DNA of 64,000 nucleotides from Asaia bogorensis (lineage in GTDB: Bacteria; Pseudomonadota; Alphaproteobacteria; CACIAM-22H2), in the NCBI GenBank assembly GCA_945901855.1, contig CAMDLT010000013.1, positions 3,421-67,420 of the forward strand, written 5' to 3'. The translations under genes and the position numbers were made by a program. Shown here in pieces: positions 19,316-28,657 of this stretch; the first letter of the stretch is position 1, and every line of letters begins with the position of its first letter. Under the pieces are notes generated by a model that had not been told where the DNA came from, did no database searches, and saw only the letters and a list, made by a program, of their open reading frames with translations.

Positions 19316-20292
19316 GCGCGCGTTCGCGCCGCGCGATTCTGATCGGCGGCGCCGCCTTGCTGGCGGCGCCCGCGATCGCTCGGGCCCAAGCGGCGTGGCC
19401 CAATCGGCCGGTGCGGTTCGTCGTGCCGTTTCCGCCCGGCGGCGCTGCCGATATTTTGGCGCGCAGCCTGGGCCAGCGCCTGGGCGAGCGCTTGGGCCAA
19501 AGCTTCGCGATCGACAACCGGCCGGGTGCGGGCACCGCCATCGGCACGGCCGCAACCGCGCAGTCCGCCGCCGACGGCTACACAATCATGATCGGCACCG
19601 TCAGTTCGCACGCGATGAACCCCAGTTTGAACCCCAAAGTCGGCTACGATCCGGTTGCCGATTTTGCGCCCGTTGCCGCGTTCGCAACGCTGCCGTTCTT
19701 TTTGGTGGCACACCCGAGCGTGGCCGCACGCGATGCGGGCGAACTCGTGGCCCTCGCGCGCCGCCAGCCAGGACGCCTCAACTACGCGTCGGCGGGCAAC
19801 GGCACGTCGAACCATCTGGCGGGCGAACTGCTCAAGCTTTCGACCCGAACCGACATGGCGCATATCCCCTATCGCGGCTCCGCGCCCGCTTTGGCGGCGG
19901 TCGTGGCGGGCGAATGCCAGATCATGTTCGATCTGTCGATCACGGCGCTGCCGCAGATCCAAGCGGGCGCGGTGCGCGCCTTGGGCGTTGCCAGCAAAAG
20001 CCGCTCGTCGCTGCTGCCCGACGTGCCGGCGATCGCCGAAGCGGTGCCCGGATTCGAGGCGAGCGCGTGGTTCGGCATTTTTGCGCCCGCGCGCACGCCG
20101 GACGCGATCGTGGCGCGATTGGCGGGCGAGATCGACAGCGCGCTCGAAGATCCAGCCATTCGCCAACGTCTGGCCCAGCAAGGGGCGGAACCGATGCGCC
20201 TTGGCCCTGCCCCGTTCGCGGCTTTTGTGCGTGCCGAACTGGCACGCTGGGGCGGCGTCATCCGCGACGCGAAGATCGAAGCCGACGGCTAA
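19312..20292 (+). CDS. tripartite tricarboxylate transporter substrate-binding protein (TctC/Bug family)
   Basis: [51 protein letters not shown] is the canonical Bug-family N-terminus. ATGA overlap with the ferritin-like gene. Confidence 0.85.
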   Translation: [326 protein letters not shown]

Positions 20293-21806
20293 TAGGCGAG
20301 CGCCAGCGCGTCGCGCCGATGGTCGGCGATGGCGATCTTCAGATCGCCGCGCACGCCGACTAGACCGATCGATCCCATCAGCCAATCCGACGGCGGCCGC
20401 AGCGCCAGCCTGTGGCCGCGCGCCGCCAGCGCATCGAGTTCGCCTGCCGGCATTCGCGCTTCGACCGCGATCTGCTCGTCGCCGATAAAACTCCAGCGCG
20501 GCGCCGCAACCGCAAGCTCGGGCCGCGCCGCATCGCGCATCAGCCCGACTGCGATCTGCAGATTCGTTTGCGTCTGCGCTTGCGCGCCCGGCGTGCCGAA
20601 GGCCCAGCAGCCTTCCTCCGCGTGCTGCATCAGCAGGCCGACCAGCGTGTGGCGCGGGCGCTTGCCGGGTGCGGGCGCGTTGGCGCCGTTCGTGAACGAC
20701 GCGCCGCGATCGTTGGAAAGCCAACCGTTGGATGCCAGCACGCGCCCGCCAAAGGGTCGGTAGAGCGAGTGGATCAACGTACACACGCCGCCTTCCGCAT
20801 CGGCGGCGGCGACTTGCGTCGTCTCGCCGTAGTTGCGCGACATGGCCGCGCCAGGCGCCGCGCGGTGGCCGATCGACTCGCGCCGCACGCGCATGCCGGC
20901 CGTTTCCAGCATCGCGGCCGCAACGCGCGTCTGGGCGCCATCGTCGCCCAGCGCCGCAAGATCGCCAAACGCGCGCTTGAACGCCTCGATCAGCATATGC
21001 GTGCGATGGCTCGCATCGTTCTCGCGAACCGTATCTGCGCCTGCGATGCCAAGGGCTGCCAAAGTGGCGCAACTCTGGCTCATCGGCGGTTGGCCGTAGA
21101 TCGTCCACGCACCGAAGGAAAGCGCCAGCGGCCTTTCGACGACGGGCGCAAAAGCGCAGGCTTCGTTTGCGCCAACGGCCGTGCCCGCCTTCAGCCAATC
21201 GTCGCAGGCGCGCGCAAGTTCGCCCTGCGGGCCCGATTTGCGCCATGCCAAAAGACTGTCGGCAAGGCCGGGGACGACAAAACGCGCATCCGTTCGCGGC
21301 AAGCGACCGCCATTGGCATCTGCCAAGGCCGTTCGCAACGCGCCGTCGCGCAATGCTTGCAACTGGCGATCGAGCCTTGCCGTCACGGCAACGCCGCGCG
21401 TGGCAAGTGCGATCGCCGGCACCAAAGCCGCCGCACGCCCCAAGCGCGAGGCTTGCGATGCCAAAAGTTCGAATGCGGCCGACGCCCCCGGGATCAGGCA
21501 GAGCCCGGCGCGATCCGCATCCGTTGCCGGATGCACGTATTCTTTGGGCGCGGGTCCGGCCCCGTTGACCGCATGGACGGCCCCCGTCGCGTCGCGCCAC
21601 AGCGCGAACAGATCGCCGCCGGGACCGCACATGTCGGGCATCGCTGCCCAGTCGCATGCAGCCATGGCAAGGCACGCATCGAGCGCGTTGCCGCCCGCCG
21701 CCATTGCCTGCACGCCCGCAAGCGCGGATGCCGGATGCCCCGCCACGGCAGCGCCGCCAAGTCCGCGTGCGGCATGGCCGCTGCCATACGCGATGTCGCC
21801 GCTCAT
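20289..21806 (-). CDS. gamma-glutamyltransferase (GGT) family protein, no signal peptide
   Basis: GGT-family autoprocessing/nucleophile region YGETTQVAAAD. Start chosen at MSGDIAYGSG (ATG 21806), which overlaps the stop of the upstream Fe-ADH gene. The N-terminal 159 codons of ORF 20289..22283 are rejected. Confidence 0.7.
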   Translation of the reverse strand: MSGDIAYGSGHAARGLGGAAVAGHPASALAGVQAMAAGGNALDACLAMAACDWAAMPDMCGPGGDLFALWRDATGAVHAVNGAGPAPKEYVHPATDADRAGLCLIPGASAAFELLASQASRLGRAAALVPAIALATRGVAVTARLDRQLQALRDGALRTALADANGGRLPRTDARFVVPGLADSLLAWRKSGPQGELARACDDWLKAGTAVGANEACAFAPVVERPLALSFGAWTIYGQPPMSQSCATLAALGIAGADTVRENDASHRTHMLIEAFKRAFGDLAALGDDGAQTRVAAAMLETAGMRVRRESIGHRAAPGAAMSRNYGETTQVAAADAEGGVCTLIHSLYRPFGGRVLASNGWLSNDRGASFTNGANAPAPGKRPRHTLVGLLMQHAEEGCWAFGTPGAQAQTQTNLQIAVGLMRDAARPELAVAAPRWSFIGDEQIAVEARMPAGELDALAARGHRLALRPPSDWLMGSIGLVGVRGDLKIAIADHRRDALALAY

Positions 21807-22966
21807 TCGGCGAAGATCGGGCGCGCGCCGCCCGTGGGCGTGCGCATGGCTTCCAGCATTTTGCGCGCGTCTTCGATCGTCGCCAGACGCGGGTTCATGC
21901 GCACTTGGCCCGACCGCATTGCGGCTTGCGCCACTTTTTCGCGCGCCGCATCGTCGGGAACGTAACGGTCGAGCGACAGATCGAGCCCGACCGCGAGGCG
22001 CAAGCGCGACATCGCATCGGCCGCCGACAGCGCGTCGAACGCCGCCGCGATTGCCTGCGCTTTGGCGCCCATTTTGGGCTCGTTGAACGCCGTCACGATC
22101 GGCAGCGCCAGCGCGTTGCCAAGTCCGTGCGCCACGTGATGCAACGCGCCCAGCGGCGCCGCAAACGCATGCGCCAAACCCAGATTGGCGCTGTTGAACG
22201 CAATGGCGGCCTGGCACGAACCGATAAGGCACGCCCCGCGCGCTTCGAGATTGCCGGGCTCGCGATACGCAACGGGCAGCCATTTGGCAAGCAGACGCAT
22301 CGCTTCGAGCGCATAGGGATCGGTCATGACCGACGACGCGTTCGAGACATACGCTTCAACCGCGTGCGTGACGGCATCGTAGCCCGATTGGGCCGTGACG
22401 ACCGGCGGGCACGAAGCGCTCAACGCCGGGTCGAGCAGCGCGATCGCCGCCGTCATCTCGGGCGACCGGAAGATGAGTTTGACATCCGAGCCCGATTTGG
22501 ACGCGATGGCGGATTCCGAAACTTCCGAGCCGGTTCCGGCCGTGGTCGGCACGCACACGAACAGCGAGGCGTGCGCGCGCAACGTCTTGCCGAACCCGGC
22601 GACGCCCTCGACCGGACCGGGGTTCGAGAGCAGCATGCGCGCGACCTTGGCCGTATCCATCGCCGAACCGCCGCCGATCGCCACGATCATGTCGGGATCA
22701 GCCTCGGCCAATTCGACGGCCACCGCCGCGATCGTGTCGGAGGTCGGTTCGTGCGTCGGCACGCCGATGGCGCGCGGAACGCTGCCCGTGCCCGCCTGCA
22801 ATGCAGCCGTCGCGCGGGCCACGATTTCGCCGCCGATGAAAAACCCGTCGACGACCAAAACCGGTCGCGTGCAGCCGAACTCTTTGGCGATCGCCGCAAG
22901 TTTGTCGAGCGCATTGGCGCCGAACACGACGCGGCGCGTCGAATGGAAAAAGACCAGATCGTTCAT
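21803..22966 (-). CDS. iron-containing alcohol dehydrogenase family protein
   Basis: Fe-ADH motifs GGGSAMDTAK, metal-binding histidines AHAFAAPLGALHHVAHG. Start at MNDLVFFHSTRRVVFGANAL (ATG 22966); a GTG at 22996 is an alternative. Confidence 0.85.
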   Translation of the reverse strand: MNDLVFFHSTRRVVFGANALDKLAAIAKEFGCTRPVLVVDGFFIGGEIVARATAALQAGTGSVPRAIGVPTHEPTSDTIAAVAVELAEADPDMIVAIGGGSAMDTAKVARMLLSNPGPVEGVAGFGKTLRAHASLFVCVPTTAGTGSEVSESAIASKSGSDVKLIFRSPEMTAAIALLDPALSASCPPVVTAQSGYDAVTHAVEAYVSNASSVMTDPYALEAMRLLAKWLPVAYREPGNLEARGACLIGSCQAAIAFNSANLGLAHAFAAPLGALHHVAHGLGNALALPIVTAFNEPKMGAKAQAIAAAFDALSAADAMSRLRLAVGLDLSLDRYVPDDAAREKVAQAAMRSGQVRMNPRLATIEDARKMLEAMRTPTGGARPIFAE

Positions 22967-23044
22967 GGGGTTTTGGGTCCAATCGCAAATTGACACGATT
23001 GTCGTAGCCTAGCCCCGCCGCAATGCCTGCGCAACCGAGATGGC

Positions 23045-23233
23045 CTAGGTCCGGGCGACCGCTTCAAGCTCGTCGATCAACGCGACGATCACGGGCATGG
23101 GCCGACAATCGCGCAGCAATCCGACGGCCGCCGCCGCCAGTGCCGGGTCATGCATCACGCTATGCGCGCTGGCTTCGGGAAAGCCCTGCACGCGCAAAGT
23201 CTCCAGGCAAATGTCGAGAATTTCAGCGCGCAT
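23045..23233 (-). CDS. hypothetical small protein (62 aa)
   Basis: An ORF that exactly fills the 20-nt-flanked gap between the deacetylase and Fe-ADH genes on the same strand. No recognisable motif. Confidence 0.3.
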   Translation of the reverse strand: MRAEILDICLETLRVQGFPEASAHSVMHDPALAAAAVGLLRDCRPMPVIVALIDELEAVART

Positions 23234-23253
23234 CGCGAGGCCTCAAAGATGCT

Positions 23254-24120
23254 TTACCGACGCCAATGATCGGCTATCGCGTCGCTGGTCGCAAGCCATA
23301 CGTCGTCGCGCCGTTGGGCCACGTGCTGCAACGCCAGGCGCAAGGCCCGAATGCGAAATGGCTGCCCCGCCACATAGGCATGCAGGGCAATCCCCATCGC
23401 CAAGGGCTGGGCTTGGGCCTGCTCGCGCATTTCGTCGAACTGGGCCACGATCATGTCGGCAAATTGTTCGGCCGTGTGGCGGCGCGCGACGATCGCGTTC
23501 GAATCGTTGAGCTCTTGCGGATACGGGACCGCGAGCAAACGACCGGCCGTTGTCGCAAGCCACACCGGCTGGTCGTCCAAGCACCAATCGAGCGTGTAGC
23601 CAAAGCCTGCCTCGGCCAAAATCTCGGGCGTGACCGGCGTTTGGGCGATCCAGGGGCCAAGCCAGCCTTGCGGCGGCGCGCCTTCGTGCCGCGCGATTGT
23701 GTCGCGCGCAGTTTCGACCAGCGAGCGCTCGTTTGCCGGATCGAGCCCGGCTTGGCTTTCGCTGTTGGTGCGGCCGTGCGCCACGATCGCGGCGCCCGCC
23801 GCGCGATAGGCCGCAACCAGCGGCGCATGGCGGTCGTAGATCGCCGAATTCACCAGCAGCGACACCGGCAGATCGAGCGCTTTGAACATCTCGAGCAAAC
23901 GCCAAGCGCCCACGCGATTGCCGTATTCGCGCCACGACCAGTTCAGCACATCGGGCTGGCCGGCGCCCGGCACGATATCCTCGCTCAAACCTACGCCAAA
24001 CGCGTAGCTCTCCAAATTGAGCGCGACGTACACGGCCAGGCGCTTGCCCTGGGGCCATAGCGGCGTTTGGCGCGCGACGATCGGCGTGTCGTCGAAGCGT
24101 CCGGGATGCGGAAGTTTCAT
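23254..24120 (-). CDS. polysaccharide deacetylase family protein (PuuE-type allantoinase-like)
   Basis: 288 aa, NodB-like fold motifs (LAVYVALNLESY, HGRTNSE, DWCLDDQP). 4-nt overlap with the upstream racemase gene. Confidence 0.75.
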   Translation of the reverse strand: MKLPHPGRFDDTPIVARQTPLWPQGKRLAVYVALNLESYAFGVGLSEDIVPGAGQPDVLNWSWREYGNRVGAWRLLEMFKALDLPVSLLVNSAIYDRHAPLVAAYRAAGAAIVAHGRTNSESQAGLDPANERSLVETARDTIARHEGAPPQGWLGPWIAQTPVTPEILAEAGFGYTLDWCLDDQPVWLATTAGRLLAVPYPQELNDSNAIVARRHTAEQFADMIVAQFDEMREQAQAQPLAMGIALHAYVAGQPFRIRALRLALQHVAQRRDDVWLATSDAIADHWRR

Positions 24121-24860
24121 TCGCCCTTCAGCCGAGCGGCCAACGCGGCGTCGAGCCCGACGGTCTCGCGGCCCTTCGGCGTCGAGAAACTGCCCACAAG
24201 CGGCTTGGCGATCTTCATGCGCACAAACGCTTCGAGCATCGGCACGCCCGTGGTGATGCCGTCGACGACCGGCACTTCGATGCGCGGCTGCAGCAAGGCC
24301 GGCACGCCTGCCATTACGGCACCGGTCAGCAAAATCGCTTCGGCCCCGTCGCGTGCGACAAGATCGGCGCAGGCAGCAACGATCATCTCCTCCACTTCCG
24401 ACTGGTCGCCGGGCGCGTAAGGTGCCGCACTGTCGATCGCGCGCCAGCCCGCAACTTTGCCTGCAAGACCGGTCGCATCGACCACGTCGCGATAAAGCCC
24501 GAGCACGCGCGAACCGAACACGATCACGCCCACGCGTCCGCCCGCGATCGTGGCGGCATGCAAGGCAGCCTCCGTCATCCCCAGAACCGGGATGCCGAGC
24601 ATTTCGCGCAAGGCTTTGGCACCCGTGTCGTAGGAAACGGCGATCAGCACGCCGTCGAACCCCGCCGCATGGGCAGCGCCCAGCGCCACGGCCGAGTGCT
24701 CGCCGATCGCATTTTCGGTACGCGAGCCGATCACGCGCGCGCCAAAGCTGCCCGTCACGGCCTCGATCTGCGTGTCCGGCAGCGCTGCTTTGCGCGCCGC
24801 TGCAAGAACCTTGGCCGTGACGAAGGCGGACGTGTTGGCATTGATCAGCAAAAGACGCAT
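24117..24860 (-). CDS. Asp/Glu/hydantoin racemase family protein (allantoin/hydantoin racemase-like)
   Basis: 247 aa, MRLLLINANTS... with the paired Cys/Ser-containing half-domains typical of the family (IAVSYDTGAKA, ILLTGAVMAG). Confidence 0.75.
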   Translation of the reverse strand: MRLLLINANTSAFVTAKVLAAARKAALPDTQIEAVTGSFGARVIGSRTENAIGEHSAVALGAAHAAGFDGVLIAVSYDTGAKALREMLGIPVLGMTEAALHAATIAGGRVGVIVFGSRVLGLYRDVVDATGLAGKVAGWRAIDSAAPYAPGDQSEVEEMIVAACADLVARDGAEAILLTGAVMAGVPALLQPRIEVPVVDGITTGVPMLEAFVRMKIAKPLVGSFSTPKGRETVGLDAALAARLKGE

Positions 24861-24867
24861 GGAATCC

Positions 24868-26187
24868 TCAGTCGAACGATTGGCGCGGCAGCCACAGCGC
24901 GATGTCGGGCCATACCCACAGCAGCCATACCCACAGCAGCCAGACCAGCAGCAGCATCATCAGCAAGAACGGCAGCGTGCCGACGATCACGTCGGTAATC
25001 AAGCCCTCGCCGCGAATTCCCTGCACGACGTACAGGTTCATGCCCACCGGCGGCGTGATCAGCGCAAGTTCGGCCATCACCACCAGATAGATGCCGAACC
25101 ACACCGGATCGATCCCAACCGCCATGACCAGCGGGAAGACAACCGGGATAGTACCGATGATCATCGCCAGCGCATCGAGAAAACATCCAAGAATAAGATA
25201 GAATACGGTCAGGATCGCGATCAGCAATCCAGGCGACGCGCCGATCGACTTGACGTACTCGGCCAGCGCCTGCGGCACGCCCATCAGTCCCAGCACGAAG
25301 TTCAGATAGAAAGCCGCCGCCGCGATCAGCATGATCATCGCCGTCACCGAAACGGTGGAGACGAAGCTTTCATGCAGCATGCTCCACGAAAGTTTGCCGT
25401 AGCCCGCTGCCAGTGCGAGCGCGACCGCAACGCCGATCGCGGCCGATTCGGTTGGCGTTGCCCAGCCAAGATAGATCGTCCCCATAACGGCCACAAAAAT
25501 AGCCATCGGCGGCAGCAAATCCACGAGCCGCGCCAGACGCACCAAAAGCGGCGCCGCCTTTTCGACCGGCCCCGACAGCGACGGCCGCCACTTGCAAAGC
25601 AGGATGACGATCAGCATGAACAGGGCCGTCAGAATCAATCCCGGAATGACGCCCGCGGCGTACAAGCGCCCGACCGACGTATTGGTCATGGCGCCATAGA
25701 TGATCATATTGATGCTCGGCGGAATAAGAATGCCGAGCGTTGCGCCCGCCGCGACGGTGCCCAGTACCAGACGGTCGTCGTAGCCGCGATTGCGGAAGGC
25801 CGGAATGGCGACCGTGCCGATCGTCGCAGCCGTTGCAACGGACGAACCCGAAACGGCCGCAAACATCGCGGACGCACCGATATTCGTGTGCAACAGGCCG
25901 CCCGGCAGCGGGTTGAGCCAGTCGGACAAAGCGCGATACATCCGGTCGGTAAACCCGCCGCGCACCAGAATTTCGCCCAGCAGCACAAAGAGCGGAATCG
26001 CGACCAGGACAAAATTGTTGGTCGCGCCCCAAAACTGATTGCCGAAATTCATTACCGCCGGCGTGCCGAGATAAAGTATCGCGCCCACCATGCTGACGGC
26101 GAACATCACGAACGCGATATGCAGGCCAAGCGTCATCAGCCCCACAAGCAGGAAAAACCCGATCGCCGCCGATCCGACATCGATCAT
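24868..26187 (-). CDS. TRAP transporter large permease (DctM)
   Basis: 439 aa from MIDVGSAAIGFFLLVGLMTL, 12+ TM segments, DctM motifs (AVSGSSVATAATIG, GVIPGLIL). ATGA overlap with dctQ. The C-terminus contains the WLLWV tandem repeat. Confidence 0.85.
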   Translation of the reverse strand: MIDVGSAAIGFFLLVGLMTLGLHIAFVMFAVSMVGAILYLGTPAVMNFGNQFWGATNNFVLVAIPLFVLLGEILVRGGFTDRMYRALSDWLNPLPGGLLHTNIGASAMFAAVSGSSVATAATIGTVAIPAFRNRGYDDRLVLGTVAAGATLGILIPPSINMIIYGAMTNTSVGRLYAAGVIPGLILTALFMLIVILLCKWRPSLSGPVEKAAPLLVRLARLVDLLPPMAIFVAVMGTIYLGWATPTESAAIGVAVALALAAGYGKLSWSMLHESFVSTVSVTAMIMLIAAAAFYLNFVLGLMGVPQALAEYVKSIGASPGLLIAILTVFYLILGCFLDALAMIIGTIPVVFPLVMAVGIDPVWFGIYLVVMAELALITPPVGMNLYVVQGIRGEGLITDVIVGTLPFLLMMLLLVWLLWVWLLWVWPDIALWLPRQSFD

Positions 26188-26771
26188 GGTTTTTCTCCAA
26201 GCTGCTTGCGCGCGTCGAGTTCGGCGTCGATTTCGTCCTGGGCCGTCGTCGGCCCGTAGAGCCGATTGAGACGCCGACGGTTGCTCGCCAGCAGCCAAAG
26301 CGCGTGCACGCAGTAGGCCGTCGCGAACGATGCGAACAGGCCCAACCCGAACAGCCACGCGCCTTGCGGCAACCACAGCGGCGTCTGCAGCGGATTGGTT
26401 GCGACAGAGCGGAACTCGATGCTCTCCAGCAGCACGCTCGATCCGCGCCAAAAGGCGAAACACGCGAACCCGGCGAGCGCAACCATCGCAACGGCATTCA
26501 GCAGCGCCTGCACGCTCGCCGGGAAGCGGACCAGAAAGACGTCGATGCGCGTATGGCCGCGCATCGCCATGGTGTAGGATGCGCCAATCGCCGACGCGAT
26601 CGCCAGCGCATAGCCGCCGATATCGTCGACCCCTTGGAGCGAAAAGGCGAAGAATTTGCGGCCCAGAACCTCGACGACGATCGCGAACGACAGCGCCAAG
26701 ATTCCGTAACCGCAAACGATCGCGGCAAACCGAGCGACGGGCAATGCGACCTTGCCGACCGGATTGTCCAT
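26184..26771 (-). CDS. TRAP transporter small permease (DctQ)
   Basis: 195 aa, 4 TM segments, adjacent to and overlapping dctM. Confidence 0.85.
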   Translation of the reverse strand: MDNPVGKVALPVARFAAIVCGYGILALSFAIVVEVLGRKFFAFSLQGVDDIGGYALAIASAIGASYTMAMRGHTRIDVFLVRFPASVQALLNAVAMVALAGFACFAFWRGSSVLLESIEFRSVATNPLQTPLWLPQGAWLFGLGLFASFATAYCVHALWLLASNRRRLNRLYGPTTAQDEIDAELDARKQLGEKP

Positions 26772-26782
26772 CGCGCGCTCCC

Positions 26783-27838
26783 CTATTCGATCTTGAAGCC
26801 GCGGGCGCGGCCGACCGTCTCGTTCCAGGCGGTCGAACAGGCCGGATCGACGCGGTTACAGGTCTGCTTCCAGATCGGCAGCACAACGGCCGTGACAGCC
26901 GCATTGATCTTGCGCTGGTCTTCGGGCGAAACCTCGACCAGGCGCATGTTGTACTTGGTGCCTTCCGTGCAGGGATCGCGACCGATATTGCAGTTGATCG
27001 CGTCGCCGTTGGCGGTTTCGGCCAGCGCCCACATCTGGTCTTCCATCTTCTTGAACTCCGCCAGCAGACGCGTCTGCGCTTGCGGCGAATAGCGCTTCCA
27101 ATGGTCCAAGTTCATGAAGTGACCCTGCACCGAACCCGACACCGACAGCGGCAGGAAGTGCGAGGTGACTTCCGGCCATTTGCCCGAATTGCCCGAGGTT
27201 GGCGAGGTCACGCCGCAATCGACCACGCCGCGCTGCAGCGACGGATACACTTCCGAGAACTGCAGCGTGACGGGAATGGCGCCCAGATGCTGCACCAAAG
27301 CCGCCATCGAAGGCGTGAAGCTGCGCACTTTGAGGCCGCGCACGTCGTCGATGCTGCGGATTTCTTTGTTGCAGTAGAAGACCTGCGGGCCGAACGGCCA
27401 CAAGGTCATGACCTTGGCATTGAAACGCTGCTGCAGGCGCGCGTCGAACGCGTCCCGATAGGCATCGACCGCCGCGCGCAACTGCTTCATGTCGGTCGAA
27501 ACGCCGATCAAATCGATGCCTTCGAAAAAGGGATCGTCGCGCGAGGCCATGCCGATCTGCACCGACATCACGTCGAACGTGCCCGAGCGCAGCAGACGCA
27601 GCGCGTCGGCGGCCTGGACGTTCAGCACGTCCATCGGGTTGTAGTTTATCGTCATCGCCACGCCCGACGTCGTCGGCAGGCTCGCGAAAAACGGTTTCTC
27701 GATGTTGTCGACATGCTTGGTGTTCGACGAAAAATTGCCTGCGATGCGCATCGAATTGGGATTTTGCTGCGCCTCGGCTCCGTTTGCCCAAACGAACAAG
27801 GCGGCGGCGGCAATGGCAGTCAAGTTTGCGTATCTCAT
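26783..27838 (-). CDS. TRAP transporter substrate-binding protein (DctP family)
   Basis: Starts MRYANLTAIAAAALFVWANGAEA (signal peptide), GAGGAAG RBS upstream. 351 aa. Confidence 0.85.
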   Translation of the reverse strand: MRYANLTAIAAAALFVWANGAEAQQNPNSMRIAGNFSSNTKHVDNIEKPFFASLPTTSGVAMTINYNPMDVLNVQAADALRLLRSGTFDVMSVQIGMASRDDPFFEGIDLIGVSTDMKQLRAAVDAYRDAFDARLQQRFNAKVMTLWPFGPQVFYCNKEIRSIDDVRGLKVRSFTPSMAALVQHLGAIPVTLQFSEVYPSLQRGVVDCGVTSPTSGNSGKWPEVTSHFLPLSVSGSVQGHFMNLDHWKRYSPQAQTRLLAEFKKMEDQMWALAETANGDAINCNIGRDPCTEGTKYNMRLVEVSPEDQRKINAAVTAVVLPIWKQTCNRVDPACSTAWNETVGRARGFKIE

Positions 27839-28623
27839 CGTATCTTCCTCTCTTTTGCGTTCGTAGACGGTTCGGGGCCAAGATCCAGCCCCGCGACAAC
27901 ATGGTCGAGATGATGGCGCATCAGCGTTACAGCGAGCTTGGCATTGCCGGCCTCGATCGCATCGACGATGGCCGAATGTTCGTCCGGCGGGCAGGCTTTG
28001 TCGTCCGGGCGACCATGGGCGAGGATGGCGAGGCACGTGATCGCCTCGATCTGCTCCAAGGTCTGCGCCAAAACCCGGTTTCCGGCGGCCCGCGCCAGGA
28101 TCAGATGGAATTCGCCGGTGAGCCTTACGAGCAAGTCCGAATCACCGCGCGTGCGCGCCTCGTCTTCGGCCTGCAAGTGTTTGCGAAGCACCGCAACCGT
28201 ATCGCTGTCCGCCCGGCACGCCACGCGCGCGACCAAATCGGATTCAATCAGCCGACGCGCATCGAACACTTCGCGCGTGCGCCGCGCGTCCGGCGTCGCG
28301 ATTGTAGCGCCGCGATTGGGCAGCATATCGACCAGACCGGCTTGCGCCAATTTGGCGATTCCGTGCCGCACGATCGTGCGGCTCACGCCAAAATATTTGC
28401 CGAGTTGCTCTTCGACCAGACGCATGCCGGGCGCCAAACGATGGGCTTGGATTGCCTCGACGACGCGCACAAAAACGGTGTCGGCGGAGGCCACGGCGCG
28501 CGGCGCAGGCACCAGCGCCCGCTTCCGGCGCGATCTGACCAATCCACGAACCGCATCTGCCTTCGAATTGAGCATCATTCCCCGGAATAGCTGCGCCGCC
28601 CGTTGCATGCATTCTGGATGCAT
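27835..28623 (-). CDS. GntR-family (FadR-like) transcriptional regulator
   Basis: HTH GVSRTIVRHGIAKLAQAGLV followed by an all-alpha FCD-type C-terminal domain. Start ambiguous (ATG 28623, 28608 or 28578). The 3' end overlaps the dctP start. Confidence 0.7.
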   Translation of the reverse strand: MHPECMQRAAQLFRGMMLNSKADAVRGLVRSRRKRALVPAPRAVASADTVFVRVVEAIQAHRLAPGMRLVEEQLGKYFGVSRTIVRHGIAKLAQAGLVDMLPNRGATIATPDARRTREVFDARRLIESDLVARVACRADSDTVAVLRKHLQAEDEARTRGDSDLLVRLTGEFHLILARAAGNRVLAQTLEQIEAITCLAILAHGRPDDKACPPDEHSAIVDAIEAGNAKLAVTLMRHHLDHVVAGLDLGPEPSTNAKERKIR

Positions 28624-28631
28624 AGATCGGG

Positions 28632-28650
28632 CCAATTTGTATCCAATTGG
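28632..28650. promoter_or_regulatory. inverted repeat CCAATT-N7-AATTGG immediately upstream of the gntR start
   Basis: An AT-rich palindrome with TGTAT core in a GC-rich background, lying in the 34-nt gap between the amidohydrolase and gntR genes. Resembles GntR/FadR-type operators. Confidence 0.3.
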
Positions 28651-28657
28651 TCGCGCG

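Noticed and set aside
19243-21675. 810-aa minus-strand ORF and the 20412..21965 plus-strand ORF over the TctC and GGT genes
   Set aside because: Low-complexity Arg/Ala/Gly translations that overlap genes with family motifs.
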